A stretch of 61,310 bases of DNA, counting the filler, from Sphacelaria rigidula (taxonomy: Eukaryota): assembly GCA_964200075.2 (NCBI GenBank). It is 5 parts of 5 records of this genome, joined end to end, with 100 filler letters (N's around TTAATTAATTAA, not from the genome) between each part and the next. Parts side by side here need not be neighbours in the genome. Positions count along the whole stretch, not along the records: positions 49,130 to 61,310 come from CAXNAA020004034.1; 4 more parts are not named here. The stretch is one strand, 5' to 3'. Both the position numbers and the translations under genes were made by a program. Within the stretch, counting starts at the first letter, position 1. Each line of letters begins with the position of its first letter. Of the stretch, positions 49,226 to 61,310 are shown piece after piece. The notes under the pieces are model-generated. The model ran no database searches. It was not told the DNA's origin and worked only from the letters and a program-made list of their open reading frames with translations.

Positions 49226-52200
49226 CACTAGGTTGAAAAAAATCGTCAGCGCATCTGCGCCAGCGCAGATTTTTCGTTGGTAGGCGTAACTATGTTTGGG
49301 GGCTGTTTCTTTCGCCGAAGAAATTATTTTGTTTTTACGCACTTTCCGTCTTTTTCCGTGATGAGGATTACAAAAGTTATCGAGCACCTGTAACGTACTT
49401 ACAAATGCTACGTTACGACAACGTTTGACGTTTTTGAAGCACGATTCAAAGCATTCATTTGAACACAACGACCACCCCCCACGGTTCCGGTTCCCGATAT
49501 GAACCAGCCCGATGTAAGGTTATCGCTGTGAATTGCAGATCATCCTGCTGCTGCACGTTTTGCCGCTAATTCAAGAAACAAAAAATGAAAAAATGTATCG
49601 CATAATATATGACGTAACACAACGAAACCAGATTCTGCGGCAACCAAAAGAGTGAACGTGGGGACTGGAATCCGCGACCTTTCACCCTTGCGGAAGTCTC
49701 TTGGACTAGTCGGACAATGATGGGGACAACGGTGCCACGCAAGTAGTGGAATGGCCTACCCACTTTTAGGAGGTTTGAGCCGAAATTTTACAGGGACCTT
49801 CTGCAGCCAAGCGAACAATTGTTCACGGAAGCATCCAGAGTACTTCTTTTTTCCATCGAGTGATGGCGTTATTTATTTCAATACATATCTTTTGTACCAG
49901 TTCGTCGATGGAGGTGCAGCGGTGTCGCACAAAAAAGGGAATGTCTTGTCCAATTTTATGAATTTTGAGCCTAAATATAACAAGAACTGCATTCTGCACA
50001 CAAGTCGAAAATTCTTCATGGAAGCAACCAGAGTTTTTTTCTTTCATCGAGTTATGACACGTTCCTTTCTTTTCTTTTTTTCGAAAAATTTCCAATCGCC
50101 TTTTTTTTTCTTGGATGCTTCCGCTACTTTATGCGTATTGATGATATCAATCTCGTGTCAAAAACTCGACTCCTACTCCAAAAAATATTCCTTGGCGTTC
50201 CGGAAGTTTTAGACAAACCCTAGATGGACCCGCAAAAAAAGTGCGCCAAAAACGGCGACTTCGGTCGTATAAAAACGCCATATTACGCCGGAGAGGGGCT
50301 CCGGAACCCGAATTTGTGCGGGAGGGCGTGTGATCGGGAGTAACTGGACGAGACGGAAGTACACTAAAACCTAGATGTATCATGTACTTGCTATATAAAC
50401 AGGTCCATGTTAACAGCTCCAGCCATCACGGGGGGATGGAGGGGATGAGATAATTTTTGGTACATGTACGTTCAACATTAAATTTGGCCATCTTTGCCAC
50501 CACGGGCTTGTGTACGGGTGCTTCATGACAGTCCCGAGCGCAACGTTGACTGGATGAGAGCGATGACGGAACACACCGCGCGGTGTCTTGTCCTGTACTC
50601 TCCACAGGCGACCCTCACTGGTTCACCGTCCGAGCTTCGTCGCATAACACATCACCCTAATAAGACCCCTTGTCATCCGACACTATTTTCCCGGAGATTT
50701 TTCCTGGACTGGCAAGGTACCCGATGACTCTCGAACGCTTGCGAGCGCAACTGCGTACACACAGGAAAGCTCTTCCAAGTACTGCGTTGCAGTCCGAATT
50801 TTTGCGGGTTTTTTCAAAGATGAAGCTTCGGAGACGAAATCAAGCCGCTTCATTGTCGGAGAAGACTGAACGCAGAGTCCTGAAAGTCTGAAGATGGTAT
50901 GTAGGGGATCAAAGTATACCCCAATCCGTGGTATTTCGATGACTTGGGGTGTTGGCGTCGTCGGACTTCCGCTGATGATATGAATCAAAGACCCAGGAAG
51001 CCTCGTAACGGTTTCCCTTATTCCTGTCGTTAAAAAGCTCCGATCCTCTTCAAACTTGGCAGTTTGGTCAATATGGGTGCTCCAAATGGAGTAAAACAAC
51101 CGTCTGACAACTTCCCGTAGTTTATCCGCTCTCTACTGGCTTCCGGGGGTCCCGGGATGGGGGTCGGTACAGAACCCCGCCCCCAAATGAAACTAACCGT
51201 CCCGAGGTAGTCCAAGGAACGGTTGTACAAAGAAAGCTTCGTTGCTTGACTCCAAAAAATGATCCCAACCGGTCGATGGAAAGACTGAACGGACAAGAAA
51301 AACGTCGGTAGCATTCTATAATTAGGTTATTCGGGGGATTCCGCGTACATTTGTAAACTGTACTTTAACGTTCATGCGCGCGATTTCTCACACGTGTTCT
51401 TCACACCGACTCCTGGGACCCCCGATATCTGGCGGAAGTAACAAACCCTCTTCATACGGGGTTTCGACGTATCCCAGAGAATCCGTTATTTCAGGGTCTA
51501 GCTCGAAAAACCCGCATGAAGAATCGCTGGCTGGGGAATAAATTTTGGTCGTTCACCCTGAACCAGCCTGTACATCCTTCTGCACGCAGACGATACAAAC
51601 AGTACTGTACTGTCCGTACTGCACGATGTTCGAAAATTTGGTACATCCTGAGGTGTGTAGGCAGTACCAGTGTTATTCCCTTTCAATAATATGGAGGCGG
51701 TGTTTTTGGAGAATAGGCGCCCAAACACTGTGTACCTGGCGTCTGGTGATGCTGAAACTTCACGGACGTACGGCTTGAAGCCGCAGGTAGGTGTTGATGC
51801 GGCCGTTTTGACGACCCATGTCGTTGTGCGCGCTACGGGGCTTAAAAGGATGGATATGCACGATGTTGAACTGTTTCGGAACATTTCTCACTTTCTAGTG
51901 ACAACTCTAGAGAGAAACGATATGAACACCGCGCGGAGGCAGCGGCACATCTCGCCAGCGTTGTCGTTTAGTCAGCCGCTTATCGGTCGACGCTTGCAAC
52001 AACACAAAAAACGACCACCAGTCAGTGTTCGTCATACGTTAGAGGTAGATGTCCTTGGGTTTTATATGCCGTCCCGCGCAAGACGCGGCCGTACAGCCGA
52101 GCTGAAGATGAGAGTGTCTTCTGCCCAGGACCACTACTGTGAACCTGTTGGGGAAGGGAGCAACGTCCCTTTCCAGACAGTACGAGACTCGGCGAGCCGG

Positions 52201-52490
52201 AGACGATGACAGTCTGACGAGGACGGAGGCGGTTGCTGTTGTCTCCCCTCAGACTCAACCAGCGGTTATTGTGGGCATGGCTCGCAAGTGAATATCTTGA
52301 GCTGCTTCCCACATGGACTTGATCGCTGTTTTGCGGAGTTGTCATATCATTTCACTTGGTTTCTGCGACAGCGTAGAAGTTGCAATTTTCACGATGGATC
52401 GCGGGTATCCCAGCCCTGCTGAGGTGTGATTCGCATCGTACAGTCACTACTACAGTACTCGGTGTACTGTTGGCTAAAAGCACACAGTAG

Positions 52491-52580
52491 TTTTTTTTTT
52501 TTTCCCTCACACTTTGAACCCCTCCCCTTCCTCGGGATGAGTCCGTGGTCTCAAGGGATCAACCCATCTCTCCCCCGGTA
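52491..52580 (-). mobile_element. SINE family 1, 3' fragment
   Basis: Poly(T) followed by CACTTTGAACCCCTCCCCTTCCTCGGGATGAGTCC. Confidence 0.7.
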
Positions 52581-53349
52581 GTAGTGTCGCTGTATTACCG
52601 AGCTGCGACACATTTCGTGTGTCGAATGCTTCCTCCCTCCGCAAGTGACATGCATCCTTTGCCATCTACGCGCCTGAGCTTGCTACTGTACGTCCTCTGT
52701 AGCGCCACCTTGCCGTGCTGATGTGGACCCGTCTCGTTCAAGGACGGCTGCCGCTCTTGTCTCGGCATATTTTACGCCTGGGATCATGACCGTCTCCAGT
52801 GGACGCCGCGGCTTATAAGTGATGACTTATGTACAATGCTTCTGTATTGTTGATGATGAATAACACTGGTACAGACAGTGTTTACTGTCTGTACTACACG
52901 TTGTTCACATATTGTTACCATCTTTCCGTATGCAGACAGTACGACAGAACTGTACTGTCTCTAGTGCACCTTGTTCAGGTCTTGTTCACCACACTACATC
53001 GTTGCGCATATCCCGCGGGACTGTCCGCTGAAATAGTGTACCGAAATGACGCCCGGCGCCCAAAGGGTGACGGTTGTTATTAACGAGACTTCTCTTTCAG
53101 ACTTTTCCCACTTTTCCCGGAAATTTCCCTACTGTTCAAAAAAGAAATTGATTGAGAAAAAACATGAGATTATTTTTCCGAGTGAAATGCAGTCAGTCTT
53201 CAACTGATGTATTGCTCGAGCTGGTTGAGAAATATGTCGGCACATTTTTGGGAAGGAAATTTTATTTCCGAGAAGTCCGAAAAGTCCGAAAAGTCCGAAA
53301 AAACAGCCCCGTCACCACTTATCATGTGTAAATATATACACATATATAT

Positions 53350-54040
53350 GTATTGTTGATATGTGCCTTCTTGGTCCTTCTCCGTCGTTTTTCGCCCGAA
53401 CAAGGGGAACGGCGGATGTTGACACCTTGGAATGACTTGCTCTACTTGTTGAGACCGTTCCAGAGCACCTTTGCGCTATCCGTGGGTCACAGTTTTGTTT
53501 TTGGCCAAACTTGCATTTTCAATAACAAACGGTCAAGTTATCATCAAACTGACAGTTTCCCTCATGTTTTATGATAACTTGACCGTTTGTTGTCGGAAAT
53601 GCAAGTTTGACCAAAACAAAAATAGCGACCCACGGAGAGCGCAACGGTGCTCTGGAACGGTCTCAACGAGTGGAGCAAGTTATTCCAAGGTGTCAACGTC
53701 CGCGTTGCCCTCTTTTCGGGCGAAGAACGACGGAGAAGGGCCGGAAGGGCACGTTCCAACACGTGTTTTTTTACACATACCACTTCTTGGATATACAAAC
53801 TTGTTGAAAACGGTCTTGTTAGGCCTTCTTCGTCATATTACGCCCAAAATGAGGGCTATTGATGGGCGATTGTCGACACCTTGGAATGACTCGCTCTACT
53901 CGTTGGGACCCTTCCAGGGCATCTTTGCGCTTCCCGGTGGCTGCTCTTGTTTTGCGGCCAGACTTGAAATTTCGATAAAAATGGTCAAGTTAAAAAAAAA
54001 ACGCGGGGCGTAAAACGACGGAGAAGGCCCAAAAAGTTAA
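53350..54040. mobile_element. Foldback MITE family C-related copies (one palindromic copy plus a partial copy)
   Basis: GGCGGATGTTGACACCTTGGAATGAC..GAGACCGTTCCA arms in inverted orientation, similar to 18633-19107. Confidence 0.7.
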
Positions 54041-55094
54041 TTTCCAACAAGATATATATTTTTGGCAGCACACGAGAAGTGGGCATAGACCGTTTCTTAC
54101 GGTTCCACATATATTTTTCGGGGGGTTCGAGGTGGGGATACCAACAGGGTGGGGAGGTACTCGAAGTACGGCCGATGGAATTCAAAGGGGCGTGCACGCC
54201 AAGGTGGGGTATAAAGACTCATAGACGCCATCATGGCAAGCTTCCTGTGTTGGTGTAAGAAGACGTGCAACATAGACCTCCCCCGATCGCTGCTGGCCCA
54301 GCTCGTACTGTGTACAAACTGGCATCTTCATCCTATACTGCCGTATGCGGCAGTACAGACAGTACGGTGCTATCTAGTATTGTCCGTACTGCACTTTGTC
54401 CACATCATTATTAGTGCAGTCGTTGTACAGTACTGGCAAACTGACATCTGCATCCTACTGTCAGTTGCGGCAGCATATACAGTACAGTATTGTCTAGTGC
54501 TGTTTGTATCGCACGTTGTCCACATCTCTTGCGTTGTCCGCATCATTTCTGCTACAGCCGCTGTACTATAATAGTACTGTGCTGTCTGTGCTGAGCACTG
54601 TGCTGCAGGTTTTCGAGAGCACGGTCGATGTCAATAGATAATCAATCCTTGACATCTCGTGTGCGCCGGGATGGCGAAGTCTGTTCTAGTGTGTAAACGG
54701 CGCTGGGGATGTTCGGCATTGCTGCCAGGAGAGTCCTGCAGATGATAAACAAGGGCACAAACATTCTCAACGCCGGCGGGCATTGCTAGTCTCGCCGCGT
54801 CTCGAATGAAAAATACGAGAGAAAAAAACAAGCCTGGAGGGCTCATTTCGTAATTTTTCTCTCGTCTTGTATTTCTTTCCCGGGATTTTTTTCGTGAAAA
54901 TACGAACCGTAGGGAACGGCCTTGACCCTTAGACCGCGAGGGTAGTCCATCTAGATCGTGCATACCTTGTTCAAGCGAAATCGATGCCGATTCAAGAGAT
55001 GACCTACTCTCCTTGTCTAAAAAATAAGGATTGCTGTTAAGAGGAATCCCCCCCCCCCTGACTTTTTTTTTACTTTTCCGGATTTTCCCCGACT

Positions 55095-55497
55095 TGTGTG
55101 TGTGTGTGTGTTGTCGTCCCATCTACTCTGGACGCCAGTCTACACCGTTCGGTACATGTGGGCACATCGGCCGGGATCACACAAGAGGAATTCCAACACA
55201 GAAGTTTTTTTCTTCGTCCTTTTGTTTCTACGATCCTTATGCGGCGCTTGCTTCACATGTTTTCGCGAGAAGGGTTCAGCAGTCCTTTTCCCTCATCGAC
55301 GGTGAAGTCGAATATTGTGTACCCACGGCATAGCCGCTCTCCAGTGTTGGGCATGGTGTGAGAAAAAATCCCAGATCGTGTGACTGCACCGAGATTCGAA
55401 CCCACAACCTAACCGCCAAAAGGATTCGAGGTTTTCGACTGAACCACCGAGGGGCGACCGGGTCATTGAACCACCGAGGGGCGACCGGGTCATTGAA
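55095..55497 (-). mobile_element. tRNA-derived SINE family 2 with (CA)n tail
   Basis: Minus strand: A-box-like GGTGGTTCAGT, B box GGGTTCGAATCTC, 3' (CA)n; a 27-bp head segment is duplicated. Confidence 0.75.
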
Positions 55498-55598
55498 ACA
55501 AAAGTTGCTAAAAAAATCCAACGCTAGATTTTCCGTTTAGTATGTAGCTAGTTTTGAAGTATTCTATTCCCTGATTCAAAAATCTGCTCACATTTTTC

Positions 55599-55790
55599 CA
55601 CGGTTCGGACGAATTATCGTCGGCTCGAATTGCCATATCCACGATTTTTCAGGCCTGATTGCTCGAAAGAGGAAAAAAAATGACCGTTGGTAAAAAAGGT
55701 ATCCACGCAATTTTTGCGCTATTCCACGTACCTGGGCTGCGCGAACCTGGGTTGCAACGCTGAGAACAAAGCCCAAGGCTACTTCGTATG
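55599..55790 (+). mobile_element. hAT-type MITE family A, truncated
   Basis: Starts CACGGTTCGGACGAAT. Further fragments at 21686-21755 and 58119-58197. Confidence 0.7.
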
Positions 55791-55809
55791 TACAAAAGAA
55801 TAAAACATA

Positions 55810-56225
55810 TCGAAAAGTGCATTTTTGGCCTTTCTCCATCGTTTCTCCCCCGAGAAAAGGGCTAGGCGGATGTTGACACCTTGGAATGCTTTGCTCTACT
55901 CGCTGAGACCGTTCCACTGCACCTTTACGTTTTCCGTAGGCCATAGTTTTGTTTTCGTCCAAACGTGCATTTTCAATAACAAATGGTCGAGTCATGAAAA
56001 AAATGGCAGTTTTCCCACTGTTTATCGAAAACGTGGCCGTTCGTTATTGAAAATGCATTTTTGGCCGAGAACGAAACTGTTACCTACGGAAAGTTCAAAG
56101 GTGCTCTGGAACGGTCTCGGCGAGTAGAGCAAGTCATTCCAAAGTGTCAACATCCGCTGAGCCCTTGTTTCGGGGCAAAAACGACGGAAAAGGGCACAGA
56201 AAGCACTTTTCAGCAAGTCCTATTT
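55810..56225. mobile_element. Foldback MITE family C-related copy
   Basis: Palindromic ~200-bp arms homologous to 53350-53765. Confidence 0.72.
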
Positions 56226-56234
56226 TCGATACGT

Positions 56235-57778
56235 CAGTGTTATTTCTTTTCCATATTATGGAGGCAGTGTTTTGGCAACGTAGGCGTGAAGAGAATCCGC
56301 ACCTCGTGTCAGATGACGCCGAAAAATGGAGAATGTGTAGATTGGTATTAGAGGAAGGTGTCACAACAATCACAACTGCGGCAGGGGAAGTCGCTGATGG
56401 CCCGGTCTGCATTGATACGGTGGATAATCACTGTGCGTGGGATTTTGTTTTTTTCAACACCCTGCTGTCTGATGATGATTATAGTGGGTACAGTGACAGT
56501 TGAGCACGCTGGCTGCAACGGATCCTGCCGGCCTCATCATCAATCTCCGCCTAGTTATAGATGAATGCTTGAAGAAACCCAGCAAACAACCATCGTTTAT
56601 GGTCCGCTATATATATGAGGGTTGGGTGCTGAACGTTTCCACTCCAAAATGGTCGACAGTCGAAGGATAAGCTCCTGTCGCGCGACCAGTGGGTAGTGCG
56701 ACGGACCCTTGCCGGCGTACCAGCCACTGGGGGCGACATCCCGTTGCAGACAGTCCCACCACTACGGGGACGGCCGTGCAAACAGGCTGGCAGCCAGGAT
56801 GGTCGCTGCACTGGTGTTCTTCTAGCGTTATCAATTGAGAGTACCTCCGCACAGGCTTTGTGCGTGAATATTTCGGTGATTGCCTCACTTCTACCTCGGC
56901 CATGCGCGGTTGATTATTTCACGATCTCACCGCCCAATATATGTGAAAATGTATCACGCCTTGGGCAAGAGCTTTCTACAGTCAGTATACAACTAACCCT
57001 TTTGGAACCCGTTGACGATTTTTTATTTTGAGCATCGGCATCATTTTGACTTGAAAATGAATGAAAATGACGCCGATTAACCAAAACAAAAATCGTCAAT
57101 GGGTTCCAAAAGGGTTAAAAGAATGTACTGTGCACAACAGTATAGAAGCTATTGCCTACTGCGACTCGCGTAGTATCACTTCAAGACAGAGTGTAGAAAT
57201 CTCCACGGTATGAATTGTTTCAGCCGGCTTGCGCGCCATAGCGGCTGTATTACCATACAGCTCCGCTCAAGATACAGGCAGGTATTAAAGCGGCAGAGGC
57301 GGCCTTATACTCCTGCGTGCATCACTTAGGAGGGTAAATGCACGCTTAGCTGCAACATCGACCGCTGTACGAGATGCGGCGGAGCGAGGGGTGGTACACC
57401 ACGCGTACACAGACAGCAAGCAGTATCATACATGTATGCTGTGCACAAGTGTGATTTGAAATCCGTACGCGCGGGGTGGGGCCGGCATGTAGAGGATCCT
57501 GCACAACTTCGCCGTGTATTACCGGGACGCCACCTCTTTTCAGTAGCAATCGCTGGCGATGTGTGCTGTGACGGGTCTCGTGCGTGATGGTGCTTTTTAT
57601 ACCTCCGCACACCGCCCGTGAAGCGAGCTCTTGATGCTGGAAGTGCCCACCCCTCTTCCCGTGATGACCTCCACTCTTGGTCTCAGACAAATGAAACTGC
57701 GGAATATGGCAATACCTACTAGGAGGTACATATTCTCCCACACAAATCCCTCCATATTATGGAAAAGAAACAACCCTG
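56235..57778. mobile_element. hAT-like non-autonomous element (ends may derive from different copies)
   Basis: Inverted ends CAG(T/G)GTT(A/G)TTTCTTTTCCATA.TATGGAGG; a third such end at 51668; no TSD match. Confidence 0.55.
56997..57114. mobile_element. piggyBac-like MITE (118 bp)
   Basis: TIR CCCTTTTGGAACCC(G/A)TTGACGATTTTT flanked by CTAA/TTAA. Confidence 0.75.
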
Positions 57779-58601
57779 ACATGAGAAGTAGTTGAAGTAT
57801 AAGACACAGTCGGACAGTGAGTGTGACCTATCCTACCCGGACGGTGGGTGTGCGTAGGTTGTAGCTTCTCACTCGGTGGAAAGGGTACGGAGTGTGCGGA
57901 GCCGCGACGTGGACTTGAACAGGACGGCCTTTGAAAGTCGGTTTGGGTTGAGACACAGAGTGACGGAACAGGGCCGTCCCGACACGGGAAAATGACGATC
58001 CCAGACTGGGGATTGGATGATGACATTTCCAGGGTGACAGACTCGGGAAGACGGTCCGGGTTGACTAGCCCGGGGTTATTAGTAAGCGGGTCGGGTCATA
58101 CAGAGGTCATGATAACATAAGGATTGATTCGTGCTACGAATCATTTAGACCAAAAACCAAGTAAATTCCAGACGAATCATTAGTTCGTCCGGCCCTTTCA
58201 TTTTATTTACCCCCCCCCTCCCCCCCCAAAAAGTCACAGATATCTGAAAACGAACTGCCCCCTACACAACGGCCCTCAACAACGAACCTTAACCCTAAGC
58301 AGACCAAAGCTGTTCAACCTCCAATAGGAACTCTTGACTGGCCCAGCTCGTACTTTGCCGGAAGTGAACCACAACATGCATATCTTTTTACATGTAGTGC
58401 TCTGCCCGAGTGGCACCATGCAGGCACTTGTAGGACAGATGAAATCATTAGAACCCAAATTTTGAATGTTTTACGGCGTATCTTGAGGTAAAAAAACCTA
58501 TATACCATCATATTTATGATTGCAATGCCCTGTCCACTTCGATCTAACCCATAACATAAACATGAAACATTCACAACCCTTATGTTGATTTCTTGCGAAT
58601 C

Positions 58602-58603
<2 letters not shown>

Positions 58604-58638
<35 letters not shown>
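58604..58638. repeat. (CA)n microsatellite
   Basis: Direct observation. Confidence 0.95.
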
Positions 58639-58641
<3 letters not shown>

Positions 58642-58982
58642 GGTGGGGTCACGGGGTATATCACCCCCCAGACAAGTTGCTTTCAAACGTGATTTTCTCA
58701 ATGCCTGAAGTAGCTACGATGCGCACTGCCGAAAGCCTGAGATATTGAAAATATTCATTTGGTGTCTTGAGAATAGTTTGGCTTTCCCGAAATGCAGGGC
58801 CCCATTCCGCGACAAAATCGAGGCTTCACGGGTTGCATTTTATGTACGCTGTCCCCACGACACACCGGAGCGGGAGTACCGAGTAGGTACCTACTACTGT
58901 ACCTACTCAGTACACAGGAAACATCGCCTTGATATTTCGATGTTTTCATCCGGTTGCAGTGTGCTACCGCTGATTCACTCAC

Positions 58983-59115
58983 CTCATCAATGAAAGCTAA
59001 GCCCGTGCGGAGCGGCTTCCGATTGGATCTCCTAAAAAGCTCTAAGGCTGTCTCATCTGCCTTCACGCTCAACGACATCGTTCCTTGAATAACACCACAC
59101 ACCCCAGACCCACCG
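58983..59115 (-). CDS. Probable first coding exon of an XRCC2-like RAD51 paralogue (ATG inside exon)
   Basis: ctcag|...GAG|gtgagt; encodes MSLSVKADETALELFRRSNRKPLRTGLAFIDE. Downstream exons not identified. Confidence 0.45.
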
Positions 59116-59970
59116 CTGAGATGAAAATCCAGTGGAGAACGACTGAGGACGATTATTGCTCAAGCAACACTGGTTGCGCCGCTTATATCAAGTTTGTCAG
59201 TCAGTGAAGGCAGTTGGTTGGAATATGTATCATCAGACTCAATTTATGAAGTCAGCGCAAAGACAAACAGACCGTACTGACAGTCGCAGCACGGTACGGA
59301 CATGAGTAGTACAATGTCATTCATGATCTCCTGAAACTGATTCCCTACTGTCACACTGCAGCTGCGATTTGTTGCACCAGCCTTGACTGCCCTCAACTGG
59401 TGAGTTTTCTTCTTCTGTCGCCTCGCAATCAATCGCCGCATCACTTCCCACAAGTGGCTATACTGGTACAACAAGGCCTGCAATCCTTTTTTCGGACAGC
59501 ACAGCACAGTGGTAGTGGATCCATCGCGCCAACGCACATCCGACCAAACAACCGCTTGTCTGTCTCGTTTGTCGTGAATTCTGCGGGCTGCAGTGTTCAT
59601 GTGTGTGTACATCATTTGGTGCCTGCATCGGACGGCATCTACTGTATTGTACTGTACGCTCTAATGTATTGTACTTTGCTGACTGTCTACACTGCGCCAT
59701 GCCAAGTGCAAGAAAGCTGCAGCTGCTCATTGCACTTTGGCCGACACGGCAGGCAGCATGAAAAAAAATGTCGTTTGCGAATGAAGTTGTCTGTAATCTG
59801 ATGAAAACTCTAGTGACTTTTCACAAGGGTATGAGGAGGGGTATGCGAGTGTAGGGGGTACAAGAACGGCGTGTGTGTACCGTCGCGCAGATAACGGTGC
59901 AGATATGTAGTACAGTAATCCAAGTGTACTTCGTTGATCACCCAACCTATGTATGGCAAGGGCACAAGAG

Positions 59971-60012
<42 letters not shown>
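59971..60012. repeat. (CTG)n microsatellite
   Basis: Direct observation. Confidence 0.95.
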
Positions 60013-60013
<1 letters not shown>

Positions 60014-60878
60014 GCTGTTGTATACAACCTGACCGTGAGTACATCCGCTTGACGCTATCCAAACTAAAGGATACACGTAGTATCGGCCCCGTGAGGAGAT
60101 ATTGGGCAAAATGAAACAAGGATTTTTCATTTTTTGATTTTTTTTTCATGTCTCCAGTATCGTGGTCACCTATTAAAGTTGACCCCTTCCCCTTCCTCGG
60201 TTTGTCCTGGCCAGAGATATCAAGCCCGCTCGCATGAAAGAAGTGTGATGTGGTTTCCCCCCCCCTCATAGAATAAGTAAGATGAGCTGCGCCTGTTTCC
60301 TGGTTTCTTGGGGGGGGGGGGCTGTACTGACTTCATGGCATGATGACAAAGTGGTCTCCCCAATATCTAGGAAGATGGCGTACAGTACGTACAGCCACGT
60401 ACGATCATAGGGCAAGAAGAGGCACTCGATTTTTTTGAAACAGCAGCAGACAGACGTCCTCGTGACAGCACAGACCATGCCAGCTTCGTAGCACAGGTAG
60501 CGCGTACGGGGTGAGACAAGCGGGAAAGAAGTGTTGATGCCGTGCCTTGCGGCGATGATGGTAAAATGCCGCACTGCACTGCGGTGTCTTTCACAGTAAC
60601 AGAAGGGTGCTGGACTACCCTACTGCCTGTTGTTGTACTTGCAGGGTGCGATGTACATGCACTGCACTCGCGTACTGTAGCCTTCTTTCATACAAACAAC
60701 AGTCGTCTCCTCGAAAATGAGGTTCAACATTTTACCCTCTGACGGCGAGAATAGGTGATCTGTTGAATCGGCATCAATTTCACTTGAAAAATATGGATGC
60801 CCTGGACAGGCCTAAGGGTTTAAAATGTTGAAATTAGGTTCAACTCCGAAACAGTGTTTTCCCTGACCCAAAGTTGCC

Positions 60879-61077
60879 AGGGCAGGTCGAGTAGGGTGTA
60901 CTCAATTGCAGGGTATTTTTGAAGTCGTACTTCAAGCACCAAGATTGGGGTAGGGTGTTGGAGGTCGCTTTCCAGTTATTTTTTGGGTACGGCTCCTAAC
61001 CCCTTACCCCAATCTTGATACTTGAAGTACGACTTTAAAATACCCCGCAATTGAGCATACCCTGCTCGATCTGCCCT
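60879..61077. mobile_element. Foldback MITE (~200 bp, ~85-bp arms)
   Basis: AGGGCAGGTCGAGTAGGGT... is inverted as ...ACCCTGCTCGATCTGCCCT. Confidence 0.7.
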
Positions 61078-61232
61078 TGAAAAGTTGTGACAAATGGTTT
61101 TCATATGGACGACCTCATGCCCCTGGACCTCCCTGAATCTATTTTTGGGGGTTTCCAAGTGTACACCAGGATTGGAATTGACCGACCCCAACCCCTACGA
61201 ACCCGCATGTTGGGCCCGATTTTTTCAACAAA

Positions 61233-61310
61233 AAACAGCCGATCATTTATGTTAAGGATGGAGATTTTCATTGAGGATGAGAACCCGGAGGATTAAAATC
61301 TTCGTATCCA
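61233..61310 (+). mobile_element. Foldback MITE family B left arm, cut by the window end
   Basis: AACAGCCGATCAT...GAGGATGAGAACCCGGAGGA. Confidence 0.7.

Noticed and set aside
50683..51099. ORF with RecA/RAD51-like words (FLTTGI..LPG..IISG..VYFD)
   Set aside because: No GK[TS] Walker A, no clear splice boundaries, and it lies in repeat-like DNA; probably coincidental.
52022..52345. ORF with LRPRQTVIVSG / GPGQKT as XRCC2 exon 2
   Set aside because: Motif spacing and splice phases are unconvincing; cannot be supported without an alignment.
51670..57782. Three ORFs sharing LF.F..ME as a small gene family
   Set aside because: The shared part is only the ~35-bp hAT-like TIR; similarity fades quickly after it.

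Overview
This window is eukaryotic and not a continuous locus. It is five unrelated contigs of about 12.18 kb (1-12184, 12285-24467, 24568-36748, 36849-49029, 49130-61310), sorted by non-increasing length and joined by artificial 100-nt N44-TTAATTAATTAA-N44 linkers. Intron-rich GT-AG genes and the repeat content suggest a stramenopile, probably a brown alga (inference). Most of the DNA is decayed transposable elements: a chromodomain Ty3/Gypsy LTR element with the RT core deleted, another Gypsy pol relic, a LINE, two tRNA-derived SINE families, and hAT, PIF/Harbinger-like, piggyBac-like and foldback MITEs, several of them nested. By matching splice sites and intron phases I reconstructed four partial host genes that the ORF track does not show as such. 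They are: (1) a ~986-aa disordered N-terminus starting MKHRTYGKRR (WAPL/haspin-like Pds5-binding motif); (2) a SAP/HeH-like motif split by a 4.9-kb intron and followed by a Tudor/PWWP-like start; (3) an RXYLT1/TMEM5-like glycosyltransferase; (4) a probable XRCC2 first coding exon. I found no CRISPR array, rRNA or bona fide tRNA, and no convincing novel multi-gene system. All homology calls are from recalled motifs and need database confirmation.
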